Shown here: piece by piece, positions 1-15,200 of the stretch
Layout of the letters: each line of letters opens with the position of its first letter
How positions within the stretch are numbered: the stretch's first letter is position 1
Assembly (NCBI GenBank): GCA_964016885.1
Contig: OZ024741.1
Span: forward strand, 254,386,001-254,450,000
DNA length: 64,000 bases
DNA from: Eledone cirrhosa
Taxonomy: Eukaryota
Direction of reading: 5' to 3'
The notes under the pieces: model-generated
The model's database searches: none
The model's input: the letters and a program-made list of their open reading frames with translations, nothing else
What the model was told of the DNA's origin: nothing
Program-made: the position numbers and the translations under genes

Positions 1-499
1 ACAGAAAACAGCAACAACAGCAACAACAACAGTAGCACTGACACAGAAAACAGCAACACCTACAACAACACTGGCACTGACAGAGAAAACAGCAACAACA
101 ACAACACTGGCACTGACACAGAAAACAACAACAAATACAACAACACTGGCACTGACAGAGAAAACAGCAACAACTACAACAACACTGGCACTCACAGAGA
201 AAACAGCAACAACAACAACACCGGCACTGACACAGAAAACAGCAACAACTACAACAACACTGGTACTGACACAGAAAACAGCAACAACTACAACAACACT
301 GGCACTGACACAGAAAACAGCAACAACAACAACACTGGCACTGACACAGAAAACAGCAACAACAACAACACTGGCACTGACAGAGAAAACAACAACAACA
401 ACAACACTGGCGCTGACAGAGAAAACAGCAACAACAACAACACTGGCACTGACACAGAAAACAACAACAAATACAACAACACTGGCACTGACAGAGAAA

Positions 500-3400
500 A
501 CAGCAACAACAACAACAACACCGGCACTGACACAGAAAACAGCAACAACTACAACAACACTGGCACTGACAGAGAAAACAGCAACAACTACAATAACACT
601 GGCACTGACAGAGAAAACAGCAACAACAACAACACTGGCACTGACACAGAAAACAGCAACAACTACAACACTGGCACTGACAGAGAAAACAGCAACAACT
701 ACAACAACACTGGCACTGACATAGAAAACAGCAACAGCAACAACACTGGCACTGACACAGAAAACAGCAACAACAGCAACAACAACACTGGCACTGACAC
801 AGAAAACAGCAACAACAGCAATAACAATGGCACTGACACAGAAAACAGCAACAACTACAACAACACTGGCACTGACAGAGAAAACAGCAACAACAACAAC
901 ACTGGCACTGACACAGAAAACAGCAACAACAGCAACAACACTGGCACTGACACAGAAAACAGCAACAACTACAACAACACTGGCACTGACAGAGAAAACA
1001 GCAACAACTACAACAACACTGGCACTGACAGAGAAAATAGCAACAACAACAACACTGGCACTTACACAGAAAACAGCAACAACTACAACAACACTGGCAC
1101 TGTCAGAGAAAACAGCAACAACTACAACAACACTGGCACTGACAGAGAAAACAGCAACAGCAACAACACTGGCACTGACACAGAAAACAGCAACAACAAC
1201 ACTGGCACTGACACAGAAAACAGCAACAACAGCAACAACAACACTGGCACTGACACAGAAAACAGCAACAACAACAACACTGGCACTGACAGAGAAAACA
1301 GCAACAACAACACTGGCACTGACAGAGAAAACAGCAACAACAACAACACTGGCACTGACACAGAAAACAGCAACAACAACAACACTGGCACTGACACAGA
1401 AAACAGCAACAACAGCAACAACACTGGCACTGACACAGAAAACAGCAACAACTACAACAACACTGGCACTGACAGAGAAAACAGCAACAACTACAACAAC
1501 ACTGGCACTGACAGAGAAAATAGCAACAACTACAACAACACTGGCACTGACACAGAAAACAGCAACAACTACAACAACACTGGCACTGACACAGAAAACA
1601 GCAACAACTACAACAACACTGGCACTGACAGAGAAAACAGCAACAACAACAACACTGGCACTGACAGAGAAAACAACAACAACAACACTGGCACTGACAG
1701 AGAAAACAGCAACAACTACAACAACACTGGCACTGACAGAGAAAACAGCAACAACAACACTGGCACTGACACAGAAAACAGCAACAACTACAACAACACT
1801 GGCACTGACAGAGAAAACAGCAACAACTACAACAACACTGGCACTGACAGAGAAAACAGCAACAGCAACAACACTGGCACTGGCACAGAAAACAGCAACA
1901 ACAGCAACAACAACACTGGCACTGACACAGAAAACAGCAACAACTACAACAACACTGGTACTGACACAGAAAACAGCAACAACTACAACAACACTGGCAC
2001 TGACACAGAAAACAGCAACAACAACAACACTGGCACTGACACAGAAAACAGCAACAACAACACTGGCACTGACAGAGAAAACAACAACAACAACAACACT
2101 GGCGCTGACAGAGAAAACAGCAACAACAACAACATCGGCACTGACACAGAAAACAGCAACAACTACAACAACACTGGCACTGACAGAGAAAACAGCAACA
2201 ACTACAATAACACTGGCACTGACAGAGAAAACAGCAACAACAACAACACTGGCACTGACACAGAAAACAGCAACAACTACAACACTGGCACTGACAGAGA
2301 AAACAGCAACAACTACTACAACACTGGCACTGACAGAGAAAACAGCAACAACAACAACACTGGCACTGACACAGAAAACAGCAACAACTACAACAACACT
2401 GGCACTGACAGAGAAAACAGCAACAACTACAACAACACTGGCACTGACAGAGAAAACAGCAACGACTACAACAACACTGGCACTGACAGAGAAAACAGCA
2501 ACAGCAACAACACTGGCACTGGCACAGAAAACAGCAACAACAACAACAACAACACTGGCACTGACACAGAAAACAGCAACAACAGCAACAACAACACTGG
2601 CACTGACACAGAAAACAGCAACAACAACAACACTGGCACTGACAGAGAAAACAGCAACAACAACACTGGCACTGACAGAGAAAACAGCAACAACAACAAC
2701 ACTGGCACTGACACAGAAAACAGCAACAACAACAGTGGCACTGACACAGAAAACAGCAACAACTACAACAACACTGGCACTGACAGAGAAAACAGCAACA
2801 ACAACAACACTGGCACTGATACAGAAAACAGAAACAACTACAACAACACTGGCACTGACAGAGAAAGCAGCAACAACTACAACAACACTGGTACTGACAC
2901 AGAAAACAGCAACAACAACAACACTGGCACTGACAGTGAAAATAGCAACAACAACAACACTGGCACTGACAGTGAAAACAGCAACAACAACAACACATGC
3001 ACTAACACAGAAAACAGCAACAACAACAACACTGGCACTGACACAGAAAACAGCAACAACTACAACAACACTGGCACTGAGAGAGAAAACAGCAACAACT
3101 ACAACACTGGCACTGACAGAGAAAACAGCAACAACAACAACACTGGCGCTGACAGAGAAAACAGCAACAACTACAACAACACTGGCACTGACACAGAAAA
3201 CAGCAACAACAACAACAACAACACTGGCACTGACACAGAAAACAGCAACAACACCAACACTGGCACTGACAGTGAAAATAGCAACAACAACAACACTGGC
3301 ACTGACAGATAAAACAGCAACAACAACAACACTGGCACTGACACAGAAAACAGCAACAACAACAACACTGGCACTGACACAGAAAACAGCAACAACTACA

Positions 3401-6400
3401 ACAACACTGGCACTGACAGAGAAAACAGCAACAATTACAACACTTGCACTGACAGAGAAAACAGCAACAACAACAACACTGGCACTGACAGAGAAAACAG
3501 CAACAACTACAACAACACTGGCACTGACACAGAAAACAGCAACAACTACAACACTGGCACTGACAGTGAAAACAGCAACAACAACAACACTGGCACTGAC
3601 AGAGAAAACAGCAACAACAACAACACCGGCACTGACACAGAAAACAGCAACAACTACAACAACACTGGCACTGACAGAGAAAACAGCAACAACTACAATA
3701 ACACTGGCACTGACACAGAAAACAGCAACAACAACAACACTGGCACTGACACAGAAAACAGCAACAACTACAACACTGGCACTGACAGAGAAAACAGCAA
3801 CAACTACAACAACACTGGCACTGACATAGAAAACAGCAACAGCAACAACACTGGCACTGACACAGAAAACAGCAACAACAGCAACAACAACACTGGCACT
3901 GACACAGAAAACAGCAACAACAGCAATAACAATGGCACTGACACAGAAAACAGCAACAACTACAACAACACTGGCACTGACAGAGAAAACAGCAACAACA
4001 ACAACACTGGCACTGACACAGAAAACAGCAACAACAGCAACAACACTGGCACTGACACAGAAAACAGCAACAACTACAACAACACTGGCACTGACAGAGA
4101 AAACAGCAACAACTACAACAACACTGGCACTGACAGAGAAAATAGCAACAACAACAACACTGGCACTTACACAGAAAACAGCAACAACTACAACAACACT
4201 GGCACTGTCAGAGAAAACAGCAACAACTACAACAACACTGGCACTGACAGAGAAAACAGCAACAGCAACAACACTGGCACTGACACAGAAAACAGCAACA
4301 ACAACACTGGCACTGACACAGAAAACAGCAACAACAGCAACAACAACACTGGCACTGACACAGAAAACAGCAACAACAACAACACTGGCACTGACAGAGA
4401 AAACAGCAACAACAACACTGGCACTGACAGAGAAAACAGCAACAACAACAACACTGGCACTGACACAGAAAACAGCAACAACAACAACACTGGCACTGAC
4501 ACAGAAAACAGCAACAACAGCAACAACACTGGCACTGACACAGAAAACAGCAACAACTACAACAACACTGGCACTGACAGAGAAAACAGCAACAACTACA
4601 ACAACACTGGCACTGACAGAGAAAATAGCAACAACTACAACAACACTGGCACTGACACAGAAAACAGCAACAACTACAACAACACTGGCACTGACACAGA
4701 AAACAGCAACAACTACAACAACACTGGCACTGACAGAGAAAACAGCAACAACAACAACACTGGCACTGACAGAGAAAACAACAACAACAACACTGGCACT
4801 GACAGAGAAAACAGCAACAACAACACCGGCACTGACACAGAAAACAGCAACAACTACAACAACACTGGCACTGACAGAGAAAACAGCAACAACTACAACA
4901 ACACTGGCACTGACAGAGAAAACAGCAACAACAACACTGGCACTGACACAGAAAACAGCAACAACTACAACAACACTGGCACTGACAGAGAAAACAGCAA
5001 CAACTACAACAACACTGGCACTGACAGAGAAAACAGCAACAGCAACAACACTGGCACTGGCACAGAAAACAGCAACAACAGCAACAACAACACTGGCACT
5101 GACACAGAAAACAGCAACAACTACAACAACACTGGTACTGACACAGAAAACAGCAACAACTACAACAACACTGGCACTGACACAGAAAACAGCAACAACA
5201 ACAACACTGGCACTGACACAGAAAACAGCAACAACAACACTGGCACTGACAGAGAAAACAACAACAACAACAACACTGGCGCTGACAGAGAAAACAGCAA
5301 CAACAACAACATCGGCACTGACACAGAAAACAGCAACAACTACAACAACACTGGCACTGACAGAGAAAACAGCAACAACTACAATAACACTGGCACTGAC
5401 AGAGAAAACAGCAACAACAACAACACTGGCACTGACACAGAAAACAGCAACAACTACAACACTGGCACTGACAGAGAAAACAGCAACAACTACTACAACA
5501 CTGGCACTGACAGAGAAAACAGCAACAACAACAACACTGGCACTGACACAGAAAACAGCAACAACTACAACAACACTGGCACTGACAGAGAAAACAGCAA
5601 CAACTACAACAACACTGGCACTGACAGAGAAAACAGCAACGACTACAACAACACTGGCACTGACAGAGAAAACAGCAACAGCAACAACACTGGCACTGGC
5701 ACAGAAAACAGCAACAACAACAACAACAACACTGGCACTGACACAGAAAACAGCAACAACAGCAACAACAACACTGGCACTGACACAGAAAACAGCAACA
5801 ACAACAACACTGGCACTGACAGAGAAAACAGCAACAACAACACTGGCACTGACAGAGAAAACAGCAACAACAACAACACTGGCACTGACACAGAAAACAG
5901 CAACAACAACAGTGGCACTGACACAGAAAACAGCAACAACTACAACAACACTGGCACTGACAGAGAAAACAGCAACAACAACAACACTGGCACTGATACA
6001 GAAAACAGAAACAACTACAACAACACTGGCACTGACAGAGAAAGCAGCAACAACTACAACAACACTGGTACTGACACAGAAAACAGCAACAACAACAACA
6101 CTGGCACTGACAGTGAAAATAGCAACAACAACAACACTGGCACTGACAGTGAAAACAGCAACAACACCAACACATGCACTAACACAGAAAACAGCAACAA
6201 CAACAACACTGGCACTGACACAGAAAACAGCAACAACTACAACAACACTGGCACTGAGAGAGAAAACAGCAACAACTACAACACTGGCACTGACAGAGAA
6301 AACAGCAACAACAACAACACTGGCGCTGACAGAGAAAACAGCAACAACTACAACAACACTGGCACTGACACAGAAAACAGCAACAACAACAACAACAACA

Positions 6401-6790
6401 CTGGCACTGACACAGAAAACAGCAACAACACCAACACTGGCACTGACAGTGAAAATAGCAACAACAACAACACTGGCACTGACAGATAAAACAGCAACAA
6501 CAACAACACTGGCACTGACACAGAAAACAGCAACAACAACAACACTGGCACTGACACAGAAAACAGCAACAACTACAACAACACTGGCACTGACAGAGAA
6601 AACAGCAACAATTACAACACTTGCACTGACAGAGAAAACAGCAACAACAACAACACTGGCACTGACAGAGAAAACAGCAACAACTACAACAACACTGGCA
6701 CTGACACAGAAAACAGCAACAACTACAACACTGGCACTGACAGTGAAAACAGCAACAACAACAACACTGGCACTGACAGAGAAAACAGCA
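500..6790 (+). repeat. Higher-order tandem duplication, 2 copies of ~3.1 kb (offset 3105, then 3177)
   Basis: Paired rare variants: TAG 722/3827, ATG 827/3932, GACTAC 2464/5641, ACATGCACTAAC ~2995/6172, AGATAA stop 3310/6487. The offset rises by 72 bp (two extra monomers near 4800). Boundaries approximate. Confidence 0.92.
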
Positions 6791-8810
6791 ACAACAACAA
6801 CACTGGCACTGACACAGAAAACAGCAACAACTACAACAACACTGGCACTGACACAGAAAACAGCAACAACTACAACAACACTGGCACTGACACAGAAAAC
6901 AGCAACAACAACAACACTGGCACTGACAGAGAAAACAGCAACAACAACAACACTGGCACTGACACAGAAAACAGCAACAACTACAACAACACTGGCACTG
7001 ACAGAGAAAACAGCAACAACAACAACACTGGCACTGACACAGAAAACAGCAACAACTACAACAACACTGGCACTGACAGAGAAAACAGCAACAACTACAA
7101 CAACACTGACACTGACAGAGAAAACAGCAACAGCAACAACACTGGCACTGGCACAGAAAACAGCAACAACAGCAACAACAACACTGGCACTGACACAGAA
7201 AACAGCAACAACAGCAACAACAACACTGGCACTGACACAGAAAACAGCAACAACAACAACACTGGCACTGACAGAGAAAACAGCAACAACAACACTGGCA
7301 CTGACAGAGAAAACAGCAACAACAACAACACTGGCACTGACACAGAAAACAGCAACAACAACAGTGGCACTGACACAGAAAACAGCAACAACTACAACAA
7401 CACTGGCACTGACAGAGAAAACAGCAACAACAACAACACTGGCACTGATACAGAAAACAGAAACAACTACAACAACACTGGCACTGACAGAGAAAGCAGC
7501 AACAACTACAACAACACTGGTACTGACACAGAAAACAGCAACAACAACAACACTGGCACTGACAGTGAAAATAGCAACAACAACAACACTGGCACTGACA
7601 GTGAAAACAGCAACAACACCAACACATGCACTAACACAGAAAACAGCAACAACAACAACACTGGCACTGACACAGAAAACAGCAACAACTACAACAACAC
7701 TGGCACTGAGAGAGAAAACAGCAACAACTACAACACTGGCACTGACAGAGAAAACAGCAACAACAACAACACTGGCGCTGACAGAGAAAACAGCAACAAC
7801 TACAACAACACTGGCACTGACACAGAAAACAGCAACAACAACAACAACAACACTGGCACTGACACAGAAAACAGCAACAACACCAACACTGGCACTGACA
7901 GTGAAAATAGCAACAACAACAACACTGGCACTGACAGATAAAACAGCAACAACAACAACACTGGCACTGACACAGAAAACAGCAACAACAACAACACTGG
8001 CACTGACACAGAAAACAGCAACAACTACAACAACACTGGCACTGACAGAGAAAACAGCAACAATTACAACACTTGCACTGACAGAGAAAACAGCAACAAC
8101 AACAACACTGGCACTGACAGAGAAAACAGCAACAACTACAACAACACTGGCACTGACACAGAAAACAGCAACAACTACAACACTGGCACTGACAGTGAAA
8201 ACAGCAACAACAACAACACTGGCACTGACAGAGAAAACAGCAACAACAACAACACTGGCACTGACACAGAAAACAGCAACAACTACAACAACACTGGCAC
8301 TGACACAGAAAACAGCAACAACTACAACAACACTGGCACTGACACAGAAAACAGCAACAACAACAACACTGGCACTGACAGAGAAAACAGCAACAACAAC
8401 AACACTGGCACTGACACAGAAAACAGCAACAACTACAACAACACTGGCACTGACAGAGAAAACAGCAACAACAACAACACTGGCACTGACACAGAAAACA
8501 GCAACAACTACAACAACACTGGCACTGACAGAGAAAACAGCAACAACTACAACAACACTGACACTGACAGAGAAAACAGCAACAGCAACAACACTGGCAC
8601 TGGCACAGAAAACAGCAACAACAGCAACAACAACACTGGCACTGACACAGAAAACAGCAACAACAGCAACAACAACACTGGCACTGACACACAAAACAGC
8701 AACAACAACAACACTGGCACTGACAGAGAAAACAGCAACAACAACACTGGCACTGACAGAGAAAACAGCAACAACAACAACACTGGCACTGACACAGAAA
8801 ACAGCAACAA
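5660..8810 (+). repeat. Higher-order tandem duplication, period 1452 bp
   Basis: Paired variants: ACACCAACACATGC ~6164/7616, AGATAA 6487/7939, CTGACACTGAC 7106/8558. Identical ORFs at 6054/7506 and 6348/7800. Confidence 0.92.
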
Positions 8811-9439
8811 CAGCAACAACAACAGTGGCACTGACACAGAAAACAGCAACAACAGCAACAATAACAGTGGCACTGGCACAGAAAACAGCAACAGCAACAA
8901 CAACAACAACACTGGCACTGACAGAGAAAACAGCAACAACTACAACGCTGGCACTGACAGAGAAAACAGCAACAACAACAACAACACTGGCACTGACACA
9001 GAAAACAGCAACAACAGCAACAATAACAGTGGCACTGGCACAGAAAACAGCAACAGCAACAACAACAACAACACTGGCATTGACACAGAAAACAGCAACA
9101 ACTACAACAAAACTGGCACTGACAGAGAAAACAGCAACAACTACAACAACACTGGCACTGACAGAGAAAACAGCAACAACAACAACACTGGCACTGACAC
9201 AGAAAACAGCAACAACTACAACAACACTGGCACTGACAGAGAAAACAGCAACAACTACAACAACACTGGCACTGACACAGAAAACAACAACAACTACAAC
9301 AACACTGGCACTGACAGAGAAAACAGCAACAACAACACTGGCACTGACACAGAAAACAGCAACAACTACAACAACACTGGCACTGACAGAGAAAACAGCA
9401 ACAACTACAACAACACTGGCACTCACAGAGAAAACAGCA

Positions 9440-12270
9440 ACAACTACAACAACACTGGCACTGACAGAGAAAACAGCAACAACTACAACAACACTGGCAC
9501 TGACAGAGAAAACAGCAACAGCAACAACACTGGCACTGGCACAGAAAACAGCAACAACAGCAACAACACTGGCACTGACACAGAAAACAGCAACAACAGC
9601 AACAACAACACTGGCACTGACACAGAAAACAGCAACAACAACAACACTGGCACTGACAGAGAAAACAGCAACAACAACACTGGCACTGACAGAGAAAACA
9701 GCAACAACAACACTGGCACTGACACAGAAAACAGCAACAACAGCAACAACAACAGTGGCACTGACACAGAAAACAGCAACAACAGCAACAATAACACTGG
9801 CACTGGCACAGAAAACAGCAACAGCAACAACAACAACAACACTGGCACTGACAGAGAAAACAGCAACAACTACAACACTGGCACTGACAGAGAAAACAGC
9901 AACAACAACAACAACACGGGCACTGACAGAGAAAACAGCAACAACTACAACAACACTGGCACTGACACAGAAAACAGCAACAACTACAACAAAACTGGCA
10001 CTGACAGAGAAAACAGCAACAATTACAACAACACTGGAACTGACAGAGAAAACAGCAACAACAACAACACTGGCACTGACACAGAAAACAGCAACAACTA
10101 CAACAACACTGGCACTGACAGAGAAAACAGCAACAACTACAACAACACTGGCACTGACACAGAAAACAACAACAACTACAACAACACTGGCACTGACACA
10201 GAAAACAGCAACAACAACAACATTGGCACTGACACAGAAAACAGCAACAACTACAACAACACTGGCACTGACAGAGAAAACAACAACAACTACAACAACA
10301 CTGGCACTCACAGAGAAAACAGCAACAACTACAACAACACTGGCACTCACAGAGAAAACAGCAACAACTACAACAACACTGGCACTGACACAGAAAACAG
10401 CAACAACTACAACAACTCTGGCACTGACACAGAAAACAGCAACAACTACAACAACACTGGCACTGACACAGAAAACAGCAACAACAACAACACTGGCACT
10501 GACACAGAAAACAGCAACAACAACAACACTGGCACTGACAGAGAAAACAGCAACAACAACAACACTGGCACTGACAGAGAAAACAGCAACAACAACAACA
10601 CCGGCACTGACACAGAAAACAGCAACAACTACAACAACACTGGCACTGACAGAGAAAACAGCAACAACTACAACAACACTGGCACTGTCAGAGAAAACAG
10701 CAACAACAACAACACTGGCACTGACACAGAAAACAGCAACAACTACAACACTGGCACTGACAGAGAAAACAGCAACAACTACAACAACACTGGCACTGAC
10801 AGAGAAAACAGCAACAACTACAACAACACTGGCACTGACAAAGAAAACAGCAACAACTACAACAACACTGGCACTGACAGAGAAAACAGCAACAACAACA
10901 ACAACACTGGCACTGACACAGAAAACAGCAACAACAACAACACTGGCACTGACAGTGAAAATAGCAACAACAACAACACTGGCACTGACAGAGAAAACAG
11001 CAACAACAACAACACTGGCACTGACACAGAAAACAGCAACAACAACACTGGCACTGACACAGAAAACAGCAACAACTACAACAACACTGGCACTGACAGA
11101 GAAAACAGCAACAACTACAACAACACTGGCACTGACACAGAAAACAGCAACAACTACAACAACACTGGCACTGACAGTGAAAACAGCAACAACTACAACA
11201 ACATTGGCACTGACAGAGAAAACAACAACAACAACAACACCGGCACTGACACAAAAAACGGCAACAACTACAACAACACTGGCACTGACAGAGAAAACAG
11301 CAACAACTACAACAACACTGGCACTGACAGAGAAAGCAGCAACAACAACAACACTGGCACTGACACAGAAAACAGCAACAACTACAACAACACTGGCACT
11401 GACAGAGAAAACAGCAACAACTACAACAACATTGGCACTGACAGAGAAAACAGCAACAGCAACAACACTGGCACTGGCACAGAAAACAGCAACAACAGCA
11501 ACAACACTGGCACTGACACAGAAAACAGCAACAACAGCAACAACAACACTGGCACTGACACAGAAAACAGCAACAACAACAACACTGGCACTGACAGAGA
11601 AAACAGCAACAACAACACTGGCACTGACAGAGAAAACAGCAACAACAACACTGGCACTGACACAGAAAACAGCAACAACAGCAACAACAACAGTGGCACT
11701 GACACAGAAAACAGCAACAACAGCAACAATAACACTGGCACTGGCACAGAAAACAGCAACAGCAACAACAACAACAACACTGGCACTGACAGAGAAAACA
11801 GCAACAACTACAACACTGGCACTGACAGAGAAAACAGCAACAACAACAACAACACGGGCACTGACAGAGAAAACAGCAACAACTACAACAACACTGGCAC
11901 TGACACAGAAAACAGCAACAACTACAACAAAACTGGCACTGACAGAGAAAACAGCAACAATTACAACAACACTGGAACTGACGGAGAAAACAGCAACAAC
12001 AACAACACTGGCACTGACACAGAAAACAGCAACAACTACAACAACACTGGCACTGACAGAGAAAACAGCAACAACTACAACAACACTGGCACTGACACAG
12101 AAAACAACAACAACTACAACAACACTGGCACTGACACAGAAAACAGCAACAACAACAACATTGGCACTGACACAGAAAACAGCAACAACTACAACAACAC
12201 TGGCACTGACAGAGAAAACAGCAACAACTACAACAACACTGGCACTCACAGAGAAAACAGCAACAACTAC
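9440..12270 (+). repeat. ~0.9 kb block repeated at offset 1938 bp
   Basis: ACACGGGCACT ~9914/11852, GGAACT ~10036/11974, ATTGGC ~10222/12160; near-identical ORFs 9483-9869 and 11421-11807. Confidence 0.85.
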
Positions 12271-15200
12271 AACAACACTGGCACTGACAGAGAAAACAGC
12301 AACAACTACAACAACACTGGCACTGACACAGAAAACAGCAACAACTACAACAAACTGGCACTGACACAGAAAACAGCAACAACTACAACAACACTGGCAC
12401 TGACACAGAAAACAGCAACAACAACAACACTGGCACTGACAGAGAAAACAGCAACAACAACAACACCGGCACTGACACAGAAAACAGCAACAACAACAAC
12501 ACTGTCACTGACACAGAAAACAGCAACAACTACAACAACACTGGCACTGACAGAGAAAACAGCAACAACTACAACAACACTGGCACTGACACAGAAAACA
12601 GCAACAACTACAACAACACTGGCACTGACAGAGAAAACAGCAACAACAACAACACTGGCACTGACATAGAAAACAGCAACAACTACAACAACACTGGCAC
12701 TGACAGAGAAAACAGCAACAACTACAACAACACTGGCACTCACAGAGAAAACAGCAACAACTACAACAACACTGGCACTGACACAGAAAACAGCAACAAC
12801 TACAACAACACTGGCACTGACACAGAAAACAGCAACAACTACAACAACACTGGCACTGACACAGAAAACAGCAACAACAACAACACTGGCACTGACAGAG
12901 AAAACAGCAACAACAACACTGGCACTGACAGAGAAAACAGCAACAACAACAACACTGGCACTGACAGAGAAAACAGCAACAACAACAACACCGGCACTGA
13001 CACAGAAAACAGCAACAACTACAACAACACTGGCACTGACAGAGAAAACAGCAACAACAACACTGGCACTGACAGAGAAAACAGCAACAACAACATTGGC
13101 ACTGACAGAGAAAACAGCAACAACAACAACACTGGCACTGACACAGAAAACAGCAACAACAACAGTGGCACTGACACAGAAAACAGCAACAACTACAACA
13201 AAACTGGCACTGACAGAGAAAACAGCAACAACAACAACACTGGCACTGACACAGAAAACAGCAACAACTACAACAACACTGGCACTGACAGAGAAAACAG
13301 CAACAACTACAACAACACTGGCACTGACAGAGAAAACAGCAACAACAACAACACTGGCACTGACACAGAAAACAGCAACAACTACAACAACACTGGCACT
13401 GACAGAGAAAACAGCAACAACTACAACAACACTGGCACTGACAGAGAAAACAGCAACAGCAACAACACTGGCACTACCCAGAAAACAGCAACAACAGCAA
13501 CAACAACACTGGCACTGACACAGAAAACAGCAACAACAGCAACAACAACACTGGCACTGACACAGAAAACAGCAACAACAACAACACTGGCACTGACAGA
13601 GAAAACAGCAACAACAACACTGCCACTGACAGAGAAAACAGCAACAACAACAACACTGGCACTGACACAGAAAACAGCAACAACAACAGTGGCACTGACA
13701 CAGAAAACAGCAACAACTACAACAACACTGGCACTGACAGAGAAAACAGCAACAACAACAACACTGGCACTGATACAGAAAACAGAAACAACTACAACAA
13801 CACTGGCACTGACAGAGAAAGCAGCAACAACTACAACAACACTGGCACGGAAAACAGCAACAACAGCAACAACAACACTGGCACTGACACAGAAAACAGC
13901 AACAACAGCAACAACACTGGCACTGACACAGAAAACAGCAACAACAGCAACAACCGTGGCACTGACACAGAAAACAGCAACAACAGCAACAATAACACTG
14001 GCACTGGCACAGAAAACAGCAACAGCAACACTGGAACTGACACAGAAAACAGCAACAGTAACAACAACAACTCTGGCACTGACACAGAAAACAGCAACAA
14101 CAACAACACTGGCACTGACAGTGAAAATAGCAACAGCAACAACACTGGCACTGACAGTGAAAATAGCAACAGCAACAACACTGGCACTGACAGAGAAAAC
14201 AGCAACAACAACAACACTGGCACTGACACAGAAAACAGCAACAACAACAACACTGGCACTGACAGAGAAAACAGCAACAACTACAACACTGGGACTGACA
14301 GAGAAAGCAGCAACAACAACAACAACACTGGCACTGACAGAGAAAACAGCAACAACTACAACAACACTGGCACTGACACAGAAAACAACAACAACTACAA
14401 CAACACTGGCACTGACAGAGAAAACAGCAACAACTACAACAACACTGGCACTGACAGAGAAAACAGCAACAACAGCAACAACACTGGCACTGACACAGAA
14501 AACAGCAACAACTACAACAACACTGGCACTGACACAGAAAACAGCAACAACAGCAACAACAACACTGGCACTGACACAGAAAACAGCAACAACAACAGTG
14601 GCACTGACACAGAAAACAGCAACAACTACAACAACACTGGCACTGACACAGAAAACAGCAACAACTACAACAACACTGGCACTGACAGAGAAAACAGCAA
14701 CAACTACAACAACACTGGCACTGACAGAGAAAACAGCAACAACAACAACACTGGCACTGACACAGAAAACAGCAACAACTACAACAACACTGGCACTGAC
14801 AGAGAAAACAGCAACAACTACAACAACACTGGCACTGACAGAGAAAACAGCAACAGCAACAACACTGGCACTGACACAGAAAACAGCAACAACAGCAACA
14901 ACAACACTGGCACTGACACAGAAAACAGCAACAACAGCAACAACAACACTGGCACTGACACAGAAAACAGCAACAACAACAACACTGGCACTGACAGAGA
15001 AAACAGCAACAACACTGCCACTGACAGAGAAAACAGCAACAACAACAACACTGGCACTGACACAGAAAACAGCAACAACAACAGTGGCACTGACACAGAA
15101 AACAGCAACAACTACAACAACACTGGCACTGACAGAGAAAACAGCAACAACAACAACACTGGCACTGATACAGAAAACAGAAACAACTACAACAACACTG

